NCBI RefSeq assembly: GCF_000002075.1
Contig: NW_004797271.1
Coordinates: 2,817,757-2,881,756, forward strand
Length of the DNA: 64,000 nt
Direction: 5' to 3'
DNA from: Aplysia californica
Taxonomy: Eukaryota
The translations under genes were made by a program, and so were the position numbers. Below, piece after piece: positions 50,301 through 62,300 of the stretch (the first letter of the stretch is position 1; every line of letters begins with the position of its first letter). The notes below the pieces were generated by a model. It was not told the origin of the DNA. It worked only from the letters and a program-made list of their open reading frames with translations, and did no database searches.

Positions 50301-53300
50301 TAGAAATGAAGTATACAAATGAGGAAAGAACGCTTTGAATTCTATGATGTACATTATCCAAGGGTAAAATCATTCATTTAATTTGTCTTCTGACTATGGA
50401 GTACTTGCCTTGATGTACACACTTGCAAGCGATTAGAGGGAGAAGGGAGAGAGGGACATTACTGTGTATTCATACAGAAAACTGTTTGGGTTCAAATTCT
50501 TATCAGGTTGAGTTGCAAGGGGTTGTTCTACATAAAAGTGTTTTACAGTGACTCTTTGAAGACAACTGAAATCTCTGGGCAGTGTTTTAGTTACCCTCTA
50601 AGTACAGCTCACTATCTGGAAAGTATTAGTTGAAGTATTAGAAGTGGGTGGTTGTCAGGTGCTCTGGTGTGATTTGCTCCTTCTTTCTTATCAAACATCT
50701 ATCGTCTTTATCTCCCCTCCTTCTTTTTTGTGTTTGTTACTCCCTTGTAACACCTCTGATCTTCCACACTTATATGACTTGATTGTGTTGCAAATGCCGT
50801 AAAACTCTTACAAAAAAAAAGAAGTATTAGAAAGATTTTTGCATGCTATGAAATTCTTATGTTTTCAGGTGTCCCTTTTGTAAAGTGGATGAACAGTTCA
50901 ACGAGTACGAGTCTAAGCTGTTTTTGTTTGTTGAGAGGTATGTGGTGGTCAGAGTTTAGTTCCTTTTCTTTCTGTAGAAAAAAAATGAAAATGTGACAGT
51001 GAAGGCTATGTATTGCAGTGAGAGAAATGAGCTGCATTAGGAGTCACGGTGCATGCATAAGAATGGGTGTAAATGGTCTTCGGAATTTAATAGTGGCTTA
51101 TATTTTTATATTTGAATTTTTGTTGTTGTTTCAATTTTTCAGGAGAGAGAAATAAAAACTTTGATGTTTTACACATACACATGGGATCTACATTTTATAC
51201 ATTTTCTTGCTTTTTTTCAAAATTAAGAATTTAAATTTTGACAAAATATGTCTTGAGCACATACAACCGATACCATAGATAAGAAACTACAATTTAAAAA
51301 AAAATGAAATTTTGAATTTAGTGCATTTGAACATCTTACTGACGTGAAGTTTTATAAGGAGGGGAAAACAGATTGACCTAGTTTTATTTGTGTTTGCCTA
51401 GAGGTGTGACGGTGACAGGCGATGACAACAGTATGGCATACCAAGTGAGCACCAAGCGTCAGGGTACCTGGGCCGACAGCGAGGTGGAGAAAGCCCTCAA
51501 GAGCATCCTTTCCTTCTACAAGCTAAACTTTGGTGAGTCTCCCGAATAACGAGTGTTGTGGCGTCTGTAGTCTAGTGGTAAGCCTTGCTACGGACTTGTA
51601 ATCGTAAGGTTGGGGGTTCAGGGGTTGAGCCTCAGGTCGGAGGTTGTGTCCATGGGAAAGGCATAAATTTTCCTCTCTTTACCCTGATGGGAATTAGTAC
51701 CTGACTATAGACAGTAAAAGATCTTGTCAGTACATTAGTGTTTTAACGCCTATGAAATGGCAGCTTGCACTGTATGCTTCTCAGGAATTTGAGATTGTTT
51801 CTGAATGCCATCAGGTCTGCTGGGATAATAATTAAGACTGTATAGGGCATAGAGCTCATTTATTATTATTATCATCCATCTCCTATATTTAGTCTTCTTC
51901 TACAGGTTTTTTGGAAGATTTTTCTTGGAAAAAACTGGTCTTGTCTTGAATCTAACTTGTTCACACTGATGAGCTGACTGATTGGCTTGGCATTTTCCTT
52001 GTCATAACAATGAGCCGTATCATTAATTTTTGGCAATTGCCAAAAACAGGTATCTTTTACTGGTAGTTCTTTCATTAGATGAAAAACTATCAAAATAGGT
52101 TCATTTATTTTGATTTAATGACCAATTTAGTGAGGTATATGTCACTTTTAGGTCCCATACCCAAAGAAAGCCCTGGCATAGTGGGGAAAACCTTCTCCTG
52201 AGATAAAGAGTCAATTCTGAATAGTGCCATTTGAGACTTCTATTTTATAAATATGTGGTAAAAATGTAAGGTGTTTATAAAATTCCCATTATTATTATCA
52301 TGTGTACTGTTGTCTATCTCAGAGCCTGATGGTGATATTACTGAGGCAGCGTCTATACAGATCAAATACTTGGACACCCTGAAAAAAGAATTCAAGGTAA
52401 AAGATGATGTGAAAATGTTATAAGTCTGTTATGGTAATTCTGTGAAATTGCCTTGTCAGGAAGGAGAATTTCCTCTTCATCAATGTGTAATTGAACAAAT
52501 ATAAGCAAGTCAAGATGCTACGGAATCAAGAATTGAGGATGAATTTGGTTATTTTGAGTTTATGGTTATTTTGAGAATTTATTTTGAGATTTTGATACTT
52601 TTTGTTTATAAATGTTTTATTTCATTCTAGTTTAATTGAACATTTTTGAAAATAAAAAGTTGATAAACTCCATCAATCTTTGGCTTCATAGTCACTGAAA
52701 CTATGGATGATATAAAATATTGTGCTTCAGCATTTTCTTTCTGCAGTGACAGTGATAATTTGATATATTATATCAAGTGAGAATTGGCCTTGCTATAGAA
52801 TTTTTGTATTTTATACTGGGCGTCTTCATTAAAAAATTACTAGTTGTGAAAACATCATACCAGATGGAGCCATACTTGGTTTTCTACAACAGCTGTCATG
52901 TGATATGAAGACAAGAAGGGAAGAACCACAGATATTCTCTTTTGAAGTAACAGGAGAAATTGAACTTTTGTCTTTGAAAATTTGTGTACTTCCTTCTCAC
53001 TGCTTTCTTTGAAATGGCTATTTCTGTTGTCTTCTGCTGTATCCCCACCCCCACCCCCACCCCCGTCACAATATTTTAAGGATAGGTAGCCAAGACCCAC
53101 AGTAGAATCCAAGTGGCAAAACCTGAGAAAATGAAAAAAGAAAATCGGACATCAGTGCTCATGATTATCAGTTATGTTAATGTGTTGTCTTGTGTGTATT
53201 TAGCACCTGCGTGCCATGTGGCTGGCCCACCGGGAGCAAGTGTCGGCCATTGACGAACTGGAGATGGCCACGGAACGTCTGAGACTCCGCAAGAACTTTG

Positions 53301-56300
53301 AGCCAGAGGCAGCTACCAAGATCCTTAATGTTATTGAAGAAAGAGAGGTCAGCATCATAGGTTTTAGATCTTCCTTTTTCCCAACTTTTTACAGTTGTTA
53401 TTTAATCTGTAACTATAAACCTTAAATGAATGCACTGTTGAAAAGATATTTTCTTAAATAAGAATTAGTATGGAATTTACAACAGAGAATGGATAATATC
53501 AAGAACAGGAATGTTGAAAGTCATAATCTGTGCAGTAAACTTTCATAGTGACTTTTAGGAAGGAATAAGGTTTGTAACAGTCGCACAAAGCAAATAAAAG
53601 ATATGTTGGGACAATGTGTCTTCATGGTTTTTGGAATGCTAAAGATAGAATTGTTTGTCTCCAGATGACACAACATGAACTGAAGTGCTCCTCTGATGAA
53701 ATTGTCAGCCGAGATGAACTAAGGAAAAAACTCGGGCAGCTTGTCTACCTCACAAATTTGGCCTCTCAGGTACATTTTTTCTTTGTCTAATTCTCTGCTG
53801 TGTGTGTGTTGGGGGGGGGGGGGGACAATACTTCCCTATCTTAACATCATGTTGATGCTGTAATGTTACATGTTATAGTAAGATGAAACAGTCTTTTCTT
53901 TGTTGGTTCAGAAGTTGTATCAAATCTACAACTGTCAATGGAAAGCAAGTAGGCCTACCTTTTTGTTGCTTCGCTCTGGTGGTCTCTTTTCCCCCCCAGC
54001 CCCAATTGTCCAGTGTCATGTTGCTGAGTTTCTTTATTTTTGTGATGAGCTAGGAACAGACTCCTTTTTTCCCCGGACATGTTGATTTGGAAATTGCTTG
54101 TAATTGTGTTTTTCTTTATTTTCCATAGAATGAGGCAGGCAAAGACCACAACATTGACGGTTGCCCTATTTGCCAGTGTGAGCTGGGTCTGGAGGTAAGT
54201 GCTCTGAGAGACAAGTATTTTGTGTACATTAGATGAGCTGGGTTACAGTGACATGAAATATCATGTATAAGATACCTAAATTTCAGTACAAGCTATTTAT
54301 CAATACAAAGTATTCAGCCATTGTCAGGGGTGCGAAAGTAAAATAATTTTGTATATNNNNNNNNNNNNNNNNNNNNNNNNNNNNNNNNNNNNNNNNNNNN
54401 NNNNNNNNNNNNNNNNNNNNNNNNNNNNNNNNNNNNNNNNNNNNNNNNNNNNNNNNNNNNNNNNNNNNNNNNNNNNNNNNNNNNNNNNNNNNNNNNNNNN
54501 NNNNNNNNNNNNNNNNNNNNNNNNNNNNNNNNNNNNNNNAATTTTTCTTTGTGTAGATCAACAATGAAATGTCGCTTATCTTACCTTATTTCAAGGAATG
54601 GCCTAGATGTTTGACTTGGATAGCAAACAGCATGATTATTAGAAAGAAATTGGATGTGTTAAGAGTACCTATCAAAGCCCATCAAATTCTAAACACGTAT
54701 AATGTTTTGTCAGTTGTTTCTGTATTAACCGATGTTCCTCTCACATTTACCCCCCAGTGGAGTGTACTCATGTGCGGTCACTGTTACTGCCTCCGCTGCA
54801 TCCGGGCTCTGATTGACCGCAACTTGATTGGTGGCAACATCCAGGACAAGCGACTCAAGTGTCCGGTGTGCCGCAGCTGGACACCTGTGCGGGAGATCTC
54901 GTACGTCACTACCAAAAAGACAGAGAAAGTCAATGTGAAGGTGAGATGATGTTCCCGCTGAGGGCTGGGAGCTTTTCTTTTTTTTTCAGAATATAGGAAT
55001 AGATTCTCTTTATCGAGAATGGTCTGTACCTGTGTGAAATTTTGGGTGGCCTATTATTATTATCTCACAACAAACAAAACTATGATGATGGTGACTTGTA
55101 TTTGAATTCCTGCAAGAATGCTTGTACACACAGACTTCTTTAATGGTACTTTTTTAACCTTCTCAGACTGTACTTCTGACATTCTTTCCCTATTTTGATT
55201 TTCTGATCTTACCATGTCTTGCACCTGCTTTACTTGTCATTTTGCCATAGCATAAAAAGTGCAGGTCTTCTGAAGTCGGTTTGCAGAGAAGTGCAGAAGT
55301 GCAAACAGTGTCTGATATGTGGTTTTGATTTGAGTCTGTTACTTTTATCACATCGTGTCATGGCGTGAAATAAATCTCTCTATTACTACAATTTGCTCAC
55401 CTCAGGATCACCTCTCTTGCCTGGATTGTTTTGTTCCTTTTTCCAGTATCCTCTTCTGGACCATGACTGTCAGTCCTGAACTTGGCTATTTCTACTCTAA
55501 GGGCTATATTAGTTAGTTATGCAGTCTGCCAGTCTCTAGTTCTGGTTTTGATTGCAGTATGTTTAAGAATGTGGTCCTGGGCTATGTTTTTGGATTACAC
55601 ATTTTGTATTCCTGCTAGCTCTCCTGTCATAGAGTTTCGTTGTAAATCTGAATTGAATCGCAGATTATTTGTTCATTTCTCCTCTTTGTTTTACACAGGG
55701 GAGCCACTCGACAAAAGTGCAAGCGGTTATTGAGTGTCTCATAAAGATCAAGGATGCCACCCCAAATGCTAAGTCCTTGGTGTTCTCTGCGGTAAGAATG
55801 CCTGGGAGTACATAAGATATGCTGTGATAAATGTCTCCATAACATGATGGAATCAGGGGCTGGTCAATTTTTGGGGCATTTGAAGTTATTGGTATAATCT
55901 TAAACTAGTTCATTTCTCTTGCTTTTGATGAAAACAAAATGCCCATCTTACCTGAATAGAAATTGAGATATTTGCAATTGAGGGTGGTGGGGGTTGCCTG
56001 GTAGAATTAGCAAAAAAATAACTGCCAAAGTTAGCTCACTTCCAAAACTTGAGAGTCTATCGAAACTGCAAATACGTTTTTTTTTGTACCTTTGATTAAT
56101 GTTTTTCTGTAAAATCCATGCAGAAATCTGTTTTTAAACGGACGTACGAGGTGTTGAAACCCAAAGAAAGTTATATTAAAATTGTCCAACAGGCGGAAAA
56201 ATGTTCGTTTCTTTCATTTCACTATTTTGACGAGCACATGATTTCACAACAATGCTACCATACATACTTTATGTTTCTCCATTGTTTGATTGAAATTTTT

Positions 56301-59300
56301 TTTGTCTCCCAGATATTAATTTGTAACGCTGATTTCTAAAAGGGTCTTTTCATTTTGTCTGACCGAACGATTCTCATCAAGTTGGCACGGATATAGTCAC
56401 ACATTAAATGTGTCACTTCATGATAATTGATTTTACATTTTATACTCTCTGAAAAATTTTTCAGTCAACATGTCATGAGTTAGCAGGTGTAGCATGATTG
56501 TTAGTATTATACAGTCTGCCTTTGACTTTCTTCGGTTGATTTACATGAAGCTGTTTAACATGAAATACTTGTTCTGGTGAAAAGATTTCAAATACTTGTT
56601 TAAAAAAAATGTCTCTCAGTATTCTATACATTGCAGCTTCTCTTATTATAGAATCTGCTTAAAACGAAGAAATTTTCTGGTCTCATTAGGTTCATGTTGT
56701 CAGGGTTTTATTGCAGTTTCTTTTCATGTGACAGGTAAACAGTGTTTTGAAAAGGAATGAATGGTTTCATGCCGAAAGCTTTTTCATTCATTCCCAATTT
56801 TATAATAGCGGGTTCTGCTAACGCATTTCTTGACTCCACTCTTTGTGTTCCCAGTGGGTAAGTGTTCTGGACATCCTGGCTGCCGCTCTGGCTGAGAACA
56901 ACATCATGTACAAGTCCCTCCACGATCCCAACTCTTTTCAGGTCTGTTTTCTCATAAGACAAAATTTGTTTGCGGTCAACCCAATAACGTGTTTATAAGC
57001 TGCATTTGCTATCTAAAGTATAATGTTGTTTCCATAAAAATTGTTCACTCTCTGACGAAAATTGCAATGACTTTTATGTTGTTGAGCTGGTATGGTATGA
57101 TTACTGTAAGCAGTCAATTAAGGCCTTCCGCGGGTCTAGGAGGGGGGCGAAAAATCGTCCAAATCATGAAAATATCGATATTGGAGCTATTATCATTTCT
57201 GACAGGAAAATAATCCCTCTAACGATTCCACTAGGTCTTAAATTGGAAAAATGGCTAGAAAGTGCCAAAAAAATGCTTTTGAGGAGGTGGGGGTCTGACC
57301 AAAGTTGCTTCAAAAAATGCAAAACGGGTTGAAAACCTCCATAGCAACTGGCTTTTCCACGCTTCCAAACCCCACAATCCGCATATCGACACAATCGGCA
57401 TTTCAAGGCCCGATCGAATGTTTTATCGATACTAGGCTACGAATTACCCAGCCCGAGTAATAAGCTCCCGAAATGAACATGTATTCTTTATTTTCATTGG
57501 CTGGTTTGGGGGCGTCGGCTAAATGCGCATCGGTGATTGGTCGAGGCGTCGGTAATCGTAGCAACTTCAATCCCATAACACCCCGCGAGGACGCGAGGCG
57601 GCGAATTTGATCGGCCATTTTTGTCTGTACTGGAGATGCTCATTCAACTGCGGTCAGCAAAACAACGTTCTCAAAGCTATTTTTTTATATCAAGACGTGA
57701 CAACATCTTTTCAGGTGAGTAAATATATGAGTCTATCCATACATTATATGATTTATTGATCAATTCTTGAATTTTGTTGAGAATTTCTTCCCACAAGTTG
57801 ATGATTATCGACAACAAAGATAATCAGAGAATGGCTTTTGTTTACATGTGGTCTTTGCTCTACCTCGCGGAATATCGAAGTCCTAATGTCAAAATACCAC
57901 TTCTGATAATGATATATGCCAATGTAGATCTTAATTTTATCTGTCTAATACCTAGTTTCCCCATTTGTGTTTCTCCTATTGCCTCAGTTTGTCCACTTCT
58001 TGTCTTGTCTCCCAGACTCGATCTTCTCTCTGCCTTTCAATTCAACAATTGTGAGTTGAGCACTTCATGTGAGTGTGTTATCGTATTTATGCATTGTTGA
58101 GTCTTGTGTGCGCTTTGCACGTAGACTAGATTAGATCTAGATCTAGAATTCCAATTAGAGATTATACTGTGGGCTTTATTATTTCTCCATGAAATAAGGT
58201 GATGTTTGTGCTGTAGTTCGGAAGAGTGGAAATTACTATAGTATAAAAATTTAGTGGTGGGCAGGTTAGATTCTCCATCCATAGTAGATCTAGATCTAGA
58301 ATCTAAATTCAGAGTGATTTCTTACTGAGAGACCACCCAAGCATTGTGATGTTAGGTATTGTATGCAATGACTATCTTGGAATATGTATCAAGATAGGGA
58401 ATTGGCATAAAGCGTTGCGGGAAGAATTCCATAACGAGCTACCACTATGAAACAGTGTAGAAGTGATGGTTAGGGGTTGGGGTACGGGTAGGGTTAGGGG
58501 TTGGGTAAGGGTTAGGTCTCTCCTGTATTGTATTTGTTGGGGTAGTCGCGCGTTATGGAAGTTGCTGAGCAACTGTATGTTGATTTTGATATTATTATAC
58601 TTACGAAGATGTATTTTCTATTTCCTTCTCAGCCCATTGTCCGCTATGCCTGCCACAAAGTCTCATTCAAGAAGTGAGAGCAAACGTGGTCGAACTTCTA
58701 AAAGCCGAAAGGAGGCTTTGAAAAAGGCACGAGCAGCAAGACAGATTGAGAAAGTTCAAGATGAGTCGAGTGCTGAGTTTCAAGTTGCGCCACCAGCTGT
58801 GTCAACATCTGGGTCTCCGCCACCTTCGTCTTCGTCTTCGTCCTCATCAGTACCTGAAGCAGCCCCGTCTCTTCCTGTACCAAGCACTCCACTCTCTGCG
58901 TCATCACGCAAGCTGGCCTATAACGCTGAAAGACACAGTGCTTCTTCTGAGTTTCTGGGCTCCACTGTTGTTGAGCTGGCAACGCTGAGACCCTTGTTTG
59001 AGAATTTACTCTGCCCCCAGTGCACGACAGCTTCGTTGAAACTGACCTGTGATTCGAAGAAGACATCCGGACTAGCAGTATTCCTGGAGATTTACTGCAC
59101 AACCTGTGAGCAAGCCGTCGCTATGAACTACACCTCCGGTAAGACTGACAAAGTGTTCACTGTGAATCGCCGTGTCATTGTGTCCTCGTTGGTGAATGGA
59201 AGTGGTTATGCTGGCCTGGCAAAGTTTTGTGAAGCCATGGATATGCCTACTGTCCACCACAAGACTTACCTAAATCACCAGAAGAAAATTCATCAGCAGT

Positions 59301-62300
59301 CAGTGGCCAGCTCAGATAAAATTCTTTTGGATACTCGTGATGCTATCGCTAGAGCATATCCGGAGCAGGAAGGAAATGGTGTCCTGGACATTGACGTTTC
59401 CTATGATGGCAGTTGGCACACTCGGGGACACACTTCGAATTCAGGAGTCGGCTGCGTCATAGAAAACCGAACTGGCCTCGTCGTTGATTTTCAAGTGTTG
59501 AGCAAACACTGCCACAAGTGTAAGGCGGTCGGGGCACACCTGGAAGGGGAGGCGTATGAGCGATTTTGGGCTGCTCACAAGGATGAGTGTGACCGCAATC
59601 ACACTGGCTCGTCCGGCAGTATGGAGCAGAAAGCGGCTGTCATGTTGTGGCAGAGGTCAGAAGAGAGGGGCTTCCGTTACCGGAGTGTGGTCTGCGATGG
59701 AGATACCAACACGATCAAGCAGATCAATGAAGTCAAGCCATATGCCGACGTCACAGTTGAAAAGAAAGAGTGCGTGAACCACGTCGCCAAGCGCCTTGGA
59801 ACGGCTCTTCGAAAGCTTGTAGAGGACAAGAAAAAGGTGAAGGTTACCCTTGGGGGGCATGGAAAGGGCAAGCTGACTCAGGCCAAGATTGGGAAGCTCC
59901 AGAAGTATTACATCAGAGCTGTTCGTTCACACAGCACTGTGGCTGAGATGAAGACGGCAATCTGGGCTTCATTTTACCATTGCTCATCGACAAACACCAA
60001 GCCACGTCACGACGATTGCCCTAAAGGTACACAATCCTGGTGTTTTTTCCAGAAGGCAAGGGCCAAGGGGTTGCCGCACCCTGACCATGACAAGCACATG
60101 TCGACGTTTATTAGTGAGTTTGTTGCGGAGCACATGATTCCTGTCTACACCCGCCTGACTGATGACGAGCTGTTGTCCAGATGCACAGGTGGAAATACTC
60201 AGAACGCCAATGAAAGTGTTCACTCTGTCATCTGGGCGCGGTGTCCCAAGCATGTTTTCGTTGGCCGACAGAGGTTGGAAATTGCAGTGGGACTTGGAGT
60301 GGGTGAGTTCAACCAAGGCGCTCGGGCAACACACTACTTTCTCCAAGAACTTGGACTCACCATTGGCGTCAATACCAGAAAGTGTGGTGGCCAGAGAGAC
60401 TCTATTCGGAAACGGAAGGCAGAAAAGGCTAACGAAAGTGTTGCGAAGAGAAGGAGGGACATCAGGAGAACAGCGCAACTTCGGGAGGAACAGCGGCTTA
60501 TTGAAGCAGAAGGTGGAGAGCAGTACTCTGCTGGCGGTTTCTAAATTGGATTATGTTTTCAACAGTGAGTACCAAAATGCATGTAGTGTGAAGTCATTTT
60601 ATGTTGCTTGTTGTTGTTTTTTTTGTTAATCTAACAGTGAATGGATGTACTCTACTAATTTGCATGATTGGAGTATCAAATTTTCCTGTGATGTTCAATT
60701 TTTTGCATTTTTGTACTTTTTCCTCGTTTTCTCAGCTCGTGCTTTTTCTTGGGGGGTGGGTTTACAAAGAAGGCCATTTCACAGAAACCAGTTGTCAGAT
60801 TGTCTTGCAATTTGGCACACACTTTCACAAGTGCCATGGCTATGCTCTGATAACAGGATTTGATAGTTACTTAATTTTTGTATGAGTTACATTGCTGTTT
60901 TTGGGGGGAAAAATTTGAAAAAGGTGTGAATGCTGAAACGACTAGCAGAGCACTTACTTCGACCACCACTGTCAGAAAAATAATGAATCTACAGTAAAAC
61001 CCTGTTATACATACATGCCACAGGGTATTATCCATGCACACATGCAGTTTTGTGAAGTTTCAACAAAGGATAGTGGAGATATTATCTTCTTTGTTATGTA
61101 ATGATTTTGATACCCGAGACCCCTAAATGATCCAGTAAAGAGTCAAAAAGAAAACAACTGTGGTAAAACTGTACCAAAATGTCAAAATTAACCCCTTGTT
61201 AACCTTCTATGATGCCTCAAATCCTTTAAATGCAGGTAATTAATCAAATCACTCTCAATGTAGCTTCCCCCCTTAACTTGTTCTGTTTGTTGTGTGCCAA
61301 GTTTTGTATATATAATTTATATGAAATTGTTTATCATCATTGTCCCTCCTCCCCCCCCCCCCCCCAAAAAAAAAGAAATATCTTTGTTTAATATTGCATT
61401 ACATGAGTTGAAGTGAAAGGAATGTATTAATATCTTTTGTTGTTTTTTTAAAATGTAGGCTATATCTCCAACTAAAGTGTTTTATTTATAATGATTTACA
61501 GAAGAATCTGTCGGCCTTCAAGTCTGAGGATGCGGTGCAGGTGTTGCTGCTTCCCCTGCACAGCGGTGCCAACGGGCTCAACCTGGTGGAGGCCTCCAAC
61601 GTGCTGCTGGTGGAGCCCGGCCTCAGCCTGGAGGAGGAGGCGCAGGCCATCTCACGGGTCTACAGGATTGGTCAGACCAGGTGTGCTGGTGTTTCTCTTT
61701 GTTGCCTCTCTGTTCACTTGTTATCTTGTCTACCCCCCCGGGGCGGTGCCACTGACTGAAGTGTCTTTAGGCCATTCCCAAAGGGGGGACATTTCTCATT
61801 CTAATGCATAGATGTAGAATTGTAAATGGGCTGATCCAACAATGTCATGCTCATAACTCTGCCTGAACTACAACAGGGAACTGTTGCTTTTTCTTTCCTA
61901 ATCCTTACTATCATCATTTTCCTCTACTTCTTTTGTATGTTTGTCACATTCTTGTGACCCGCTCTTTCCGGGGTGCCTTGATAGTCGAAGCAGACTTTTG
62001 TGCTGTTGAAGCTAGAGAGGTGAGCAGAGTAGATCTGATTCTCTGTAAGGATTTCTCTGTTGACATCCACCCCTTGGCGCTCATATGACCTTATGCAGTT
62101 GCGAGCACCGTAAAACCTCTACTAAAACTAACTAAACTCTTGTCTGGTCTGTTCCTCGCTGCGTTTGTGAGTGTCGGTCAAAGTGTCATGCAGTGGGTGG
62201 TTGGCAGGTACTCTGGTGTGGTTTGCTCCTTCTTTACCATCAAACGTCTGTCGTCCTTATCTCTTCTTTTTTTGTATGTTTGTGACTCTCCTGTAATACC

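Larger units (their letters stand above)
57122..61272 (+). mobile_element. Putative autonomous TTAA-specific DNA transposon (Kolobok-like / 'Mutator-like transposase' family) in a SHPRH intron
   Basis: TTAA(57118-57121)|GG ... CC|TTAA(61273-61276); CpG-rich interior; intact transposase ORF; boundaries inferred because the TIRs are not convincing. Confidence 0.7.

Noticed and set aside
51557-51640. tRNA gene
   Set aside because: Cloverleaf disrupted and followed by a SINE body and (TAT)n tail
58463-58645. N-terminal 61 aa of the 693-aa ORF call
   Set aside because: Starts at GTG within intronic telomere-like repeat; the splice acceptor at 58632 and ATG at 58646 give the more plausible start
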